A DNA stretch of 64,000 bases from positions 5,385-69,384 of IMG/VR virus record IMGVR_UViG_3300015050_000913, one strand, 5' to 3'. This stretch comes from a virus (taxonomy: Duplodnaviria; Caudoviricetes). Positions 7,259 through 16,711 of the stretch are shown in pieces. Both the position numbers and the translations under genes were made by a program. Position 1 is the stretch's first letter, and each line of letters begins with the position of its first letter. A model generated the notes under the pieces. It ran no database searches, was not told the origin of the DNA, and saw nothing but the letters and a program-made list of their open reading frames with translations.

Positions 7259-8188
7259 TTAATAAATTAAATAATACCTATTTACATTAGTTTCAATATC
7301 TTCCCTGTTTGGTGTAAAATCTGTACCCCACATTATAATCTCTTGAATATATCCAACTAAATACGAAGTGCCTCCCGCCGGGGCATTGTTCATCCCTATT
7401 CTGAAAGATGAAGCAACACCTGATAATGCAGTGTTTGTTGTCATCGACTTACTTGAACTAAGTGAATTATTAATATACTGATACCATGTGCCTGTTGTAG
7501 ATGGTTTTGTAACAAACTGTAAATTTTGTAATTGCAGCCTGTTTATACGCCCCAAAGCATCCCCATATTGACTAACACCTATTGCATCGCCTCCAAAAGC
7601 CGCATCATCTCCATAAGCTAAAAATACTGCACTTCCTGTTGATGCTTGCCCGTAATTAATTATTATTCTATATTGATTTAATGCTAATGTTGCTTGTGTG
7701 TTATAAGTAACAGTAACATAAGTAGCCACCCCTGTTGGAAGCCCATCATCAACCGTGCCTAAATTATCCCCTCCATCAAAGTACGTTGTAACTTTGTTAT
7801 TTAATCTTTCAACAGTACCCGAATTTATAATTCGTGGTTGTGCTGTTGTTGTAGCCTGTGTTACATCTCTATTGTTACCTGATTGGTCATACCAAGTAAC
7901 AACAAAACCATTATTAGCCCCGACAAATGTTTTCATTGAAGTTGTATCCAAATCGCCACAAGTTCCGATAAAACCGATGTCCTGTTCTGTATTATCACTT
8001 GAACGCCTAACCCTTATTGCTGAACCTGTATAATCACCGTCTAATTTTCTTAATGAATAAGCTGCCGAGGCACTTGTATAAGTGTCAAGTATTAACCTGC
8101 ACCCGTTATTCCCAATCAGTTTAAACATTGGTGATTGAGCCGATGCAAATACAGGTAATAAGAATAATATTAATAGTAGTTTACGCAT
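7259..8188 (-). CDS. Exported concanavalin-A/LamG-like lectin-fold protein (fibre/adhesin-like)
   Basis: Signal peptide MRKLLLILFLLPVFASA|Q. Motifs AAYSLRKL, IRVRRSSDN and VTWYDQSGN, seen in phage lectin-like proteins. Confidence 0.65.
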   Translation of the reverse strand: MRKLLLILFLLPVFASAQSPMFKLIGNNGCRLILDTYTSASAAYSLRKLDGDYTGSAIRVRRSSDNTEQDIGFIGTCGDLDTTSMKTFVGANNGFVVTWYDQSGNNRDVTQATTTAQPRIINSGTVERLNNKVTTYFDGGDNLGTVDDGLPTGVATYVTVTYNTQATLALNQYRIIINYGQASTGSAVFLAYGDDAAFGGDAIGVSQYGDALGRINRLQLQNLQFVTKPSTTGTWYQYINNSLSSSKSMTTNTALSGVASSFRIGMNNAPAGGTSYLVGYIQEIIMWGTDFTPNREDIETNVNRYYLIY

Positions 8189-10548
8189 ACCCATTTATTA
8201 TTTCCGTAAGAAGATGTTGTGTAGTATTGCAGTATCACCGTTAGCGTTGCTGTGGTTACTGTTGTTGTGGGCAGCGTAACTGTACTACTCACAAATGATG
8301 CACCCCACGTTATTGCCCTTGCCGCTGTCCCGGTTACCTGTATTTCCAAAATATCACCATCCCCCGGTGTACCTGAAAGGTTAGTTGTGAATGAAGTAAT
8401 ATCTGCTGCCTGTGCTGTAAGTTTGTAGATATCCACATCGTCTGTGTTTATTGTTGGTGTGGCACTTGATGTGGTACTTCCAACTCTTGCTGTCCATCGT
8501 TTGTTTGTAAAAGTTTGAGCAGCATCAAGATTAGCAACTGTTCGCCTTGTTGGAGTTGAATTTGTGTAAAATAAATCTGTACCGTTGTACTCTACTGCCC
8601 CCGCTTCTGCCGTTGTTAAGTTTGTGCCTGATGTAAATTTTAATGGTGCTGTGTTGGCTGATGCTGTACCTGCTGCTATGTGAACTTTGGCGGTTGCGGT
8701 TGTAGATATATCACCAAAATAAGTAGGTACTGCAAAACCATTTCGAGTTGAATACATAAGTGCGTAAGCTGTATTGTTCATTCCAAACCAAATAGGCACG
8801 TTTTTTACATTTAAAATTCCAAGACCCTGTGTTGCGTTGCCTTGACTATATAAATATGAATACCCTGCATCACTTGTTTTGCTTGGTATATTGGTTATAT
8901 AATAGTTACTTGCGAATGATGCACCATTAACAAGCATACCCATATGGTTATTTGCCCAATCCCCTGTACTTGCTGAGTTTGACAACGTAAACCCCGCCCT
9001 GCCTGTTGCTTGGTTATTATCCATATGCAACAGATTATTCAATGGCGTAGCACTCCCTAAAATCTTCATTGCTGTTGTTTGTGCAGTACCGCCCAATGAA
9101 CGGTTAGCATCACTTACCATTAGTGCTGTGCCGTCTGCTGTGTTATTGTTTACTATGGCAGATGTAGCAAATGTTGGCGTTGTAAGCGTAGGGGAAGTAC
9201 TGAACACCACATTCGTACTTGCCGTACCTGTTGTACCTGTGGCAGATGATAAATACCCTACCTGCGTTGCCGTTGTAGTTGCGTGTGTTGGCACTCCATT
9301 GGCATCTGATATTAATGCACGGTTGGCTGTTATGGCTGCGTTATCCGATAACTGGTTTGAGGCATTACCTACTGCTATTCGATATTGCGTTAATGATGGT
9401 GTACCTCCCCCCGCCGTTGTATCTGCATAGGTAATTAAGCCTGTTATGGTATCTATTCGTAGTGCCTTTGTACCCACACCACTTGCTGCATAAGGTAAAT
9501 ACACCTGACTATTCAGATACAGCCTTTGATTAGCTGCTGTGGCATCCTGTGCGCCGTAGATTATTGCCTTTGTTGTATCACCAAGTTTATTTGTACGGTT
9601 TAAAGAGTTAAAAATAAGCCTGTTTGATTCTGATGTTAAGTACCTGCCTGAATGCGCCCCAACCGCAATATTACCTGAACTTGTTGATATGCTTAAACTA
9701 CCCTCACCAATAGCTGTATTATCACCTCCATTCGTTACCGCAGATAATGTGGATGCTCCAATAGCAACATTCCCGACGCCACCTGTTATAGCATTTGCAC
9801 TATTATAACCAATAGCCACGTTTACGCCTCCTGTTGTATTTGATGTTAAGGAATTTTCCCCTAAACTTGTATTACCATTTACTATATCAATATACCCCGC
9901 CTGAACATTATTAACCTTAAACATCAGCCCCACATTATCTGTCGTTCCGATAAAATTAGTACCTGCTACTGTGGAGGCGTTGCCCGTTAATGACCATCCA
10001 CTTCCACCACCACCACCGCTACCATACCAATACCCATAATTCCATGCTTTAGTAGTGGGGTTAAAAGTCATTACCTTATTAGCTGCCGTATCCGATACAG
10101 AACCAAGCAAACCTAATCCTGTGGAATCTAATACTACCCTTGTCAAATCCCTTGTTTTAAACAATATCCTATTACTGCTTCTTGCTCCAAAGGTTAAATC
10201 ATCTACATCATTTGCCCATGTATTACCACCAATAACCCATGCGTAACCACCACCACTACCACCACCTGCGGGTAATACTTGCCTCCAAGCCATATAAGAT
10301 GAATCTCGCCACCACAAAGCGTTTGGACTTAAAGTTTTTATCTGTGAGCCATCATAAAAATCTAATTGGGATAAGTTGGCAGAAGTAGTATCAAAAAATA
10401 CTCTATTAATTAATCCTGCCCTTAAACCACCATTTGCAGGTACTTGCACTAATGTATTAGCGTTCCCAAGATTTTGTGTAATTCCAAACTGACCATAAGA
10501 AAAAATAAAACTAAAAATAAAAACTAAAGAACATATTAAACTTTTCAT
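8170..10548 (-). CDS. Fibre/adhesin-like protein with signal peptide and YadA-like head repeats
   Basis: MKSLICSLVFIFSFIFSYG|Q; WSLTGN..FIGTTD motif; NxAIG repeats; Thr/Gly-rich. Confidence 0.7.
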   Translation of the reverse strand: MKSLICSLVFIFSFIFSYGQFGITQNLGNANTLVQVPANGGLRAGLINRVFFDTTSANLSQLDFYDGSQIKTLSPNALWWRDSSYMAWRQVLPAGGGSGGGYAWVIGGNTWANDVDDLTFGARSSNRILFKTRDLTRVVLDSTGLGLLGSVSDTAANKVMTFNPTTKAWNYGYWYGSGGGGGSGWSLTGNASTVAGTNFIGTTDNVGLMFKVNNVQAGYIDIVNGNTSLGENSLTSNTTGGVNVAIGYNSANAITGGVGNVAIGASTLSAVTNGGDNTAIGEGSLSISTSSGNIAVGAHSGRYLTSESNRLIFNSLNRTNKLGDTTKAIIYGAQDATAANQRLYLNSQVYLPYAASGVGTKALRIDTITGLITYADTTAGGGTPSLTQYRIAVGNASNQLSDNAAITANRALISDANGVPTHATTTATQVGYLSSATGTTGTASTNVVFSTSPTLTTPTFATSAIVNNNTADGTALMVSDANRSLGGTAQTTAMKILGSATPLNNLLHMDNNQATGRAGFTLSNSASTGDWANNHMGMLVNGASFASNYYITNIPSKTSDAGYSYLYSQGNATQGLGILNVKNVPIWFGMNNTAYALMYSTRNGFAVPTYFGDISTTATAKVHIAAGTASANTAPLKFTSGTNLTTAEAGAVEYNGTDLFYTNSTPTRRTVANLDAAQTFTNKRWTARVGSTTSSATPTINTDDVDIYKLTAQAADITSFTTNLSGTPGDGDILEIQVTGTAARAITWGASFVSSTVTLPTTTVTTATLTVILQYYTTSSYGNNKWVCVNYY

Positions 10549-10557
10549 ATAATTATT

Positions 10558-11085
10558 TTAAATAGGGAATAGTCCAAAAATTTCACTTGTACTTGCTGCT
10601 GGGTAACAAACAAAACTACCTGTTGCCTTTGTCCATGAGTAGTAACTTCCTGAACCATCATCTGTTGTGTTTTGAGTTATCCCACCACGTACAAAAATCA
10701 AGTTATATCCTATAAATGCAGTAATAGTTTTAGATGATTGCCCATCAATAATAAACGATGTCGCTGCATCTACTATGAACTGATAAGGACTTGGTGTTGT
10801 TGTGGCTATTGTACCGCTAACCGAACCTGCTATCTGAATTATTGATTGAGCCTGTAATACAAACCTGCAAATACTATAAAGGTATGCTGACGTTTGTTCT
10901 AATGTGGTATCAGATGGGTCAGAATCATACTTGTATTGAATAGATGTTTTTAGATTGTATATCTTTTGTGGTAAATCTATTGGAATACCTGCTGCATATA
11001 AGCCACCTTTTTTTATTGCTACCAATGCAAGGTATTCGCAAATATCCGCTATTGAAAGTCTTTGAGCAACAGTAAGTACAGCCAT
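10558..11085 (-). CDS. Putative virion structural protein
   Basis: 175-aa ORF in the structural block. Confidence 0.55.
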   Translation of the reverse strand: MAVLTVAQRLSIADICEYLALVAIKKGGLYAAGIPIDLPQKIYNLKTSIQYKYDSDPSDTTLEQTSAYLYSICRFVLQAQSIIQIAGSVSGTIATTTPSPYQFIVDAATSFIIDGQSSKTITAFIGYNLIFVRGGITQNTTDDGSGSYYSWTKATGSFVCYPAASTSEIFGLFPI

Positions 11086-11088
11086 TAT

Positions 11089-11625
11089 CTATGAATTTCC
11101 GTTAAATAAATATTGTGCAGCTAATCTTATATCAGTAGCTTCGTCATAACATGATTGAGCATTAACCAAATCAGAAGCCCTTGTTATAGCCTTATTGCCT
11201 GAATCTATTGCAGCCCTTAGTTTACTCTTATTGCCCCAAAAATTATTGTCATTAATAAGCAATTTGTTAGCACTCATTAAGGTTGTTTGTTCGTAGTCAA
11301 ATTGTTCATTAAATTCAGTAAAACCAATAGCATCTATTGTATAATCATATACAACTACATCACTTACATTTAGCCATTGTACGGTTATTCTACAAGCTGT
11401 ATCGGCAGAAAGTAAGTCTAATGTAATATCAGTTGCTAACGGTAATGCCCATACCTCATATTCAGTCGTTGTTGCATCTTCAACTAAAAAATTACCTTTA
11501 CTGTCAGCAACATAAATTCTACGGGACGTAATTGTTCCATCACTCCCCGTAGACGTATCTGAAAATAATATCTGACTTGGCTCTCCTGCCACACTTGACG
11601 CTGTAAAAGAAACGGTTAATGCCAT
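11089..11625 (-). CDS. Putative virion structural protein
   Basis: 178-aa acidic, beta-rich ORF with an upstream TACCTTTG box. Confidence 0.55.
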   Translation of the reverse strand: MALTVSFTASSVAGEPSQILFSDTSTGSDGTITSRRIYVADSKGNFLVEDATTTEYEVWALPLATDITLDLLSADTACRITVQWLNVSDVVVYDYTIDAIGFTEFNEQFDYEQTTLMSANKLLINDNNFWGNKSKLRAAIDSGNKAITRASDLVNAQSCYDEATDIRLAAQYLFNGNS

Positions 11626-11658
11626 GATTATAATTTTAATAAGTAAAAGGTAGAACTA

Positions 11659-11666
11659 CAAAGGTA
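11659..11666 (-). promoter_or_regulatory. Bacteroidota-type -7 promoter box (TACCTTTG)
   Basis: Matches TAnnTTTG in an intergenic region upstream of 11625. Confidence 0.45.
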
Positions 11667-11722
11667 GCCATCCACCGTCATGGATTAATTTACTAACCAA
11701 TCCAATCAACAATCAAAAAAAC

Positions 11723-12631
11723 TTAAGCCACAGCCCCTTTCTTTTCTTTTACAAGCTGTGTTATTTTCTTCAATGCTTCTTCCGCTTTTGTTCCTCCTGT
11801 GTGCAAATATTCTGCGAACTTTACGATTTCAGATTGCTCACCTGATGGACTTAATACGGTTATGGTTTGCTTATTCCCTGCCCATGTGATTTTGTATTCC
11901 ACAGGGTCATAAGCTATAATTTCCCTATCTAATGCTTGTTTAACTATTGCCCTTATTTCAAAGGTCTTATTAGACACTAAATCGTTTAAAAATTTAGGGT
12001 CATCATCAGCTAATTCTTCTGCAAGGTTTCTTAACACAACAGGGTCTTGGGTACTGTCCCAATTCATAGCATCTGCAAACTGGATTAACGATTTTTCATC
12101 CATATCTGCTACTGCATTTGCTGCTTTACGCTTTTCTGCCCTTTCTTCTGTTTGTGTCCTTGCTTCCTGCACATCATCCACCCTATTTATAAGAGGTCTT
12201 GTATCCTTGTCGGCAAACATACCGCCACTTAATTTTGGATGCAATTCAATGAGCATACACTTAGCAATATCTTCGGGTGTTTCAAGGTTTAATCTTAATT
12301 GCCCTCTTGCTGTTGCAGGAACTCTTATTTTAATGAACTCTGTTTTGTAACCACCTGTGCCATTACTTTCGTGGCTCTTGATTAATGCAATCTTTTTGAA
12401 CTTTGATTTACCTGCCCTTTTTTCATCGTTATCCGTAATATTAAATACTGCGGGTCTTAGGGTGTAAATGCCGGGGAATATTGTTTTCCCGTTGTAAAAT
12501 GTTTTGTCAGGATTTTCTTGTTCAATATCGAAACGGTATTTTACTACCTTCCCAAATGATTCAATTTTGTCCTGTAATTTTTTTAATAATTCGGGTGAAA
12601 GGTCGTTGTACTCTGCAATTTGTTGTAACAT
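11723..12631 (-). CDS. Conserved-looking protein immediately downstream of the major capsid gene
   Basis: 302-aa ORF; function unknown. Confidence 0.7.
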   Translation of the reverse strand: MLQQIAEYNDLSPELLKKLQDKIESFGKVVKYRFDIEQENPDKTFYNGKTIFPGIYTLRPAVFNITDNDEKRAGKSKFKKIALIKSHESNGTGGYKTEFIKIRVPATARGQLRLNLETPEDIAKCMLIELHPKLSGGMFADKDTRPLINRVDDVQEARTQTEERAEKRKAANAVADMDEKSLIQFADAMNWDSTQDPVVLRNLAEELADDDPKFLNDLVSNKTFEIRAIVKQALDREIIAYDPVEYKITWAGNKQTITVLSPSGEQSEIVKFAEYLHTGGTKAEEALKKITQLVKEKKGAVA

Positions 12632-12660
12632 AATTTTTGTTTTTTGATTGTTGAAAATAT

Positions 12661-12690
12661 AGGAGAGAGGCTTAACACCTCTCCCCTTTT
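12661..12690 (-). terminator. Hairpin after the major capsid gene
   Basis: GGAGAGAGG/CCTCTCCCC stem immediately 3' of the capsid gene stop. Confidence 0.45.
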
Positions 12691-12699
12691 AAAAGAACC

Positions 12700-14055
12700 T
12701 TATACTATTTGATACTTTTGGAAATGCTTAACTGCCAAGCACTCCAATCCCTGATTTGTTTCCCAGTTTGTTTGCAGGTACATTACATCAGAAGTTGGAA
12801 TTTCAGCCAAAGCACCTAACCTCCACTCTGTTACCATACCGTTAGAACTCATGTTAGCAGAACTTCCGCTAAATGGTTTTGGCAGGTAACGTATTTGCAT
12901 ACGTGGTTGGCTTCCGTTATCAACGGTATCTACATTGTCTTTTGGAACAAGGTAAAGTGAACCGTTTACATCAGAACGCAATGTTGCACTGAATAATTGT
13001 GGTTGGTCAAAGATTGGAATATGAACGAAATCGAAGGTGTAACCACCGTACTTCAATGATTCTACATTGAAATCCATATCCTTACCATCCAAATTAATTC
13101 TTCCTGATACGATACTTGCAGAAGGCAAAGATTTCAGGAACTTGCTGATAACACGATAAGCCCTGCTACCCATGAATACCATGTAGTCAGTAGGTGCTTT
13201 GTTAGCAATAAAGTTGTCAATGATTTCATCCAATTCGGTGAAGTCAAAAGTTCCTAATACTGCTGCACTGTCGCTGATACCATAAGTGGTAACATACCAA
13301 TCCAAACCACCTGTTGTTTGTACAGGCAGGTTATTTGTACCATCAGTTAAGAATGGGTTAGTATCAGAATACAAAGTAGTAGATTGAACACCTGCTAACA
13401 TTTGTACTGAAATATCACCTTTTAACTTAGTGTATTTTTGGATTGTTTGGTAAGGCAGGATAGAATAAGTACCACCTACATTAACTTCGATTTTAGATAC
13501 CTTCTGAATATCAGTAATTTCATCCACTTCACGGAAAATCTGTGTTTGGTTGTAATACTTGGTTAAGCCATAACGCCTGTTGGTTGGTGCAGATGACTTT
13601 TCAGAGAAAGCGTTAGAAGAAAACGCAACGGTATCGCCAATGGTTACATAGAAAGGGGCAGAATTACCACCTACTGAACGTGCTGTGATAGCTGCTGTAC
13701 CTGAACCGAAAGTTACTGCCTGAATACGTGCTTGTCTTCCTACGTTATTAGAGTTAGAAGACATAATCAAATCACCCACACGAGGGAAAGTTGACGCTGT
13801 ATTGATTGTGAAAACGGGGGCTGCTGTACCTGTGGTGGTAACAGCACTGATTGTACCTATTTCATACACATCGTTGTTAACGAAGTTATGGTATGTAGGC
13901 ATTGTGCAGGGCTTGGTACGGGAAACGATTTTCATAATATCGGTAAAGTCCCTGTCCCTGCTTTGGTCATAGATTGAAGGGTCTATGTCCCTTTGGTCTA
14001 AAAAGTCAATAGCCGATACAAACGACTTATTAACTACTCCTTGTGATACTGCCAT
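12700..14055 (-). CDS. Major capsid protein
   Basis: 451 aa; YNQTQIFRE and TTGGLDWY segments resemble crAss-like/HK97-fold capsid proteins; follows scaffold and portal. Confidence 0.75.
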   Translation of the reverse strand: MAVSQGVVNKSFVSAIDFLDQRDIDPSIYDQSRDRDFTDIMKIVSRTKPCTMPTYHNFVNNDVYEIGTISAVTTTGTAAPVFTINTASTFPRVGDLIMSSNSNNVGRQARIQAVTFGSGTAAITARSVGGNSAPFYVTIGDTVAFSSNAFSEKSSAPTNRRYGLTKYYNQTQIFREVDEITDIQKVSKIEVNVGGTYSILPYQTIQKYTKLKGDISVQMLAGVQSTTLYSDTNPFLTDGTNNLPVQTTGGLDWYVTTYGISDSAAVLGTFDFTELDEIIDNFIANKAPTDYMVFMGSRAYRVISKFLKSLPSASIVSGRINLDGKDMDFNVESLKYGGYTFDFVHIPIFDQPQLFSATLRSDVNGSLYLVPKDNVDTVDNGSQPRMQIRYLPKPFSGSSANMSSNGMVTEWRLGALAEIPTSDVMYLQTNWETNQGLECLAVKHFQKYQIV

Positions 14056-14114
14056 GATTATAAAATTGTAAGATTAATTAATATTGTTTCTTACAACCCT
14101 AACTTCATTTTATC

Positions 14115-15332
14115 TTAACCACCTGTCCTTCGTACTCCTTGCTTTGCCATTAATGCCGCAGCATTTGTTGGTAATGGGTCTGCTTTGGATGATGTACTAT
14201 TTTCAGGCGGTTTGGCGTTATTTATCGGTTCAATGACTTCTTTCCCTCCTAAACCTTTGAAATGTAAAGCATACGCATCTAAAAAGTTCTTTCCGTGTTT
14301 GGCTACTGTTGCTATCAATAACTGATGTTCTGTCTTAATAGCCCCTTTATCGTCAAACATTGTTTCTGCCCATTTTTCTCCGTTACTTAGAACGTCAATC
14401 AGTTCTTCGGGGTCAACAGGGAATGAGAACTTTTCTTTGCCTTCTCCAAGTGTGAACTTTTTGTCGGCTATGATATTTTTTGTGTAGGGGTCTTCTTTCA
14501 AAGTCCTAACGTAATTTTCTACATTTTCTTTAGCCTTTAGTTCTGCCGTGTTATCGGCTACTTGTTCGGCTTTTGGTTCAGGTGGCTTTGGTAGCAGAAA
14601 TTTATCCTGATTGGCAATAAGCGTGTCCCTGTATTTATCGGCTTTTACATCAAGTAAATCCCGTCCATACTCTACTTCTTCATCAGAATAGATTTCAGGG
14701 TCAATCTTATACCTTTCAACTACCTCTGCTTTGTAAAGGGCTTCAAGCTGCTTTGGAGTGGCTTTTGGGTACTCTTGCCTTAGTTGATGTCGCATCACTT
14801 CTTCGGCTGTCATCTTTGAGTAATCCGTACTTAACTCCTTAACATAATCCCCTAACGTGCCATCCTTATAAGCCTGAATGATACCTACCATTTTAGGGTC
14901 AATATCCTTCAATTCGCTTACAAGTGCTACCTTGTCGTCATCAAACCCTAACGCTTTAAAAATCTGTTCGGGTTGATTTGTTTTAAGAACTTCTTCCAGC
15001 GTTTGTGTTTTGGGTGTTTCTGCAACTATTGGTTGCTTTTCTTCCACCTTTGGTACATCTACGGGAACTTCTGTTTTTTCTTGTGAGGTTTCAGAAGCGG
15101 GTTTTTCATCTGTTGGATTTTCCTCCACCTTCGCAGTGGCAGGTTCATCAACGGTTGGTTTTTCAACTTCTTTCTTCTCGTTTATGTCAACGGGTGCTTC
15201 CACCCTGTTTTCATCACTTTTGCTGCCGTGTTTAGCCATAGCTTCTGCTGCACTCATTTGGATTGGTTCGGCTACTGCTGCTTCACCACCGCCTTCATCA
15301 ACGGCTGTTTCATAAAATTTTCTTATGAACAT
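14115..15332 (-). CDS. Putative capsid scaffolding protein
   Basis: Acidic low-complexity N-terminal half; directly upstream of the capsid gene. Confidence 0.55.
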   Translation of the reverse strand: MFIRKFYETAVDEGGGEAAVAEPIQMSAAEAMAKHGSKSDENRVEAPVDINEKKEVEKPTVDEPATAKVEENPTDEKPASETSQEKTEVPVDVPKVEEKQPIVAETPKTQTLEEVLKTNQPEQIFKALGFDDDKVALVSELKDIDPKMVGIIQAYKDGTLGDYVKELSTDYSKMTAEEVMRHQLRQEYPKATPKQLEALYKAEVVERYKIDPEIYSDEEVEYGRDLLDVKADKYRDTLIANQDKFLLPKPPEPKAEQVADNTAELKAKENVENYVRTLKEDPYTKNIIADKKFTLGEGKEKFSFPVDPEELIDVLSNGEKWAETMFDDKGAIKTEHQLLIATVAKHGKNFLDAYALHFKGLGGKEVIEPINNAKPPENSTSSKADPLPTNAAALMAKQGVRRTGG

Positions 15333-15356
15333 AAATATACTTTTTGATTGTTATAA

Positions 15357-15384
15357 CAAATATAATTACTTTTTTAATACTCAC
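15357..15384 (-). promoter_or_regulatory. Late-promoter motif, copy 1 (GTGAGTATTAAA-N8-TATATTTG)
   Basis: Same 28-nt geometry as 36300-36327 and 44394-44421. Confidence 0.6.
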
Positions 15385-15914
15385 TTTTTAAGGTATATCT
15401 CCACATTATTCAGGTTACGGTGCTGCTGTTTTCCTGTGGTACTATCGGGGTAATATGGCTGTCCTAATAACCTATGTTTGTTATCTTGTACCACTATGGT
15501 CTTATTGGCTACCATGCTATCCAAAGTCTTTTTTAATAACTTACTGCTACCCTGATTTAACCACTTTGGAGGTTCATTGAATTTTGGAATACCAAACACA
15601 CTTTTCAGGAAATCATTTGCCCTTACAAAGCCATTTTTACCTTCAAGGAAGTTTTCTATTTTTTGTTCTATTGTAAGGTTATCATCAAATACGGTATTTA
15701 TTGGCTCTACTACTTTGATTGGTTCAGGCACTTCTGACTTCTTTTCTTCCACCTTTTCCACTTCCTTAACTTCTTCCAATGTTACTGATGGTGGTTCATC
15801 TCCAATTTTAGGGGTTTCCACTATTTCAGCTAAACTATCAGGTGTTTGTGCCATTTGTGCTACCTGTGGTTCTTCCACTACATCTACTTTTTTTGTTCTT
15901 GTTGCTTTTGCCAT
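15381..15914 (-). CDS. Hypothetical protein (acidic N-terminus)
   Basis: 177-aa ORF with upstream TATATTTG box (15933-15940, minus strand). Confidence 0.65.
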   Translation of the reverse strand: MAKATRTKKVDVVEEPQVAQMAQTPDSLAEIVETPKIGDEPPSVTLEEVKEVEKVEEKKSEVPEPIKVVEPINTVFDDNLTIEQKIENFLEGKNGFVRANDFLKSVFGIPKFNEPPKWLNQGSSKLLKKTLDSMVANKTIVVQDNKHRLLGQPYYPDSTTGKQQHRNLNNVEIYLKK

Positions 15915-15932
15915 GATTTATAAATTTTATAC

Positions 15933-15968
15933 CAAATATACGAAATTGTTTATTATTCACTATATTTG
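15933..15968. promoter_or_regulatory. Back-to-back TATATTTG -7 boxes (divergent promoters)
   Basis: CAAATATA at 15933-15940 and TATATTTG at 15961-15968. Confidence 0.5.
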
Positions 15969-15990
15969 TACCTGTATTCTCGTTAACATA

Positions 15991-16072
15991 ATTGCAGTAT
16001 GATAACGGGTGTAAAAATCCAAAATGGGGTGTTTAAGTGCTGCAATCGCTTAAATATCCCAATTTTTATTTT
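15991..16072 (+). promoter_or_regulatory. Structured 5' leader (A-B-A'-B' plus U-tract)
   Basis: 15991-15999 pairs with 16038-16046; 16026-16039 pairs with 16047-16060; U-rich run up to the ATG. Confidence 0.45.
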
Positions 16073-16711
16073 ATGGAAAATTTACCAAGCCTCGTGGGTA
16101 GAAAATTCGGCAGACTAACCGTGTTATCATTTAGCCATTCATCAAAACATAAAAGATACTGGAATTGCGAATGTGAATGCACTTTAGGCAAGGTGGTACA
16201 AAAGCCCACAGGCTCGCTAACATCTGGAAAAGTTAAGAGTTGTGGATGTTTAGGTATTGAGCATCAAAAAAATGGGAATGTTACTCATGGGCAAACAATA
16301 GGTGGTATTACATCGGAATATGAGGCATGGCAAGGTATGTTTAAAAGATGTTATAACCATAATACTGTACGATTTGAAAATCACGGTGGCAGGGGAATCG
16401 AAGTATGCGAAAGATGGAAAAAATTTGAAAACTTTTTTGAAGATATGGGTAAAAAGCCAACTCCTAAACATTCTTTAGATAGGATTAATAATGATGGTAA
16501 TTACGAACCGTCAAATTGTAGATGGGCTACTCCAAAAGAACAATGTTACAATAGGCGTAGCACAAGGTTTATAGAGTATAATGGAGTTACTAAGATATTG
16601 CAAGAATGGTCAGATTTTTTTGGGTTAAGTAAGTCAAGTACACTAAGCTATTATATAAAAAAACATGGCGTAGAAAAGGCTATGCTTCACTACGCCAATA
16701 GGAATAAATGA
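16073..16711 (+). CDS. HNH-type homing endonuclease
   Basis: GRKFGRLTVL, GGRGIEVCERW and HSLDRINNDGNYEPSNCRWAT motifs. It runs antisense to its neighbours, and its stop abuts the portal stop with a 0-nt gap. Confidence 0.8.
   Translation: MENLPSLVGRKFGRLTVLSFSHSSKHKRYWNCECECTLGKVVQKPTGSLTSGKVKSCGCLGIEHQKNGNVTHGQTIGGITSEYEAWQGMFKRCYNHNTVRFENHGGRGIEVCERWKKFENFFEDMGKKPTPKHSLDRINNDGNYEPSNCRWATPKEQCYNRRSTRFIEYNGVTKILQEWSDFFGLSKSSTLSYYIKKHGVEKAMLHYANRNK

Noticed and set aside
14066-14096. 8-bp hairpin (TTGTAAGA/TCTTACAA) upstream of the capsid gene
   Set aside because: AT-rich and short. It may be an mRNA processing or stabilising element, but nothing else supports it.
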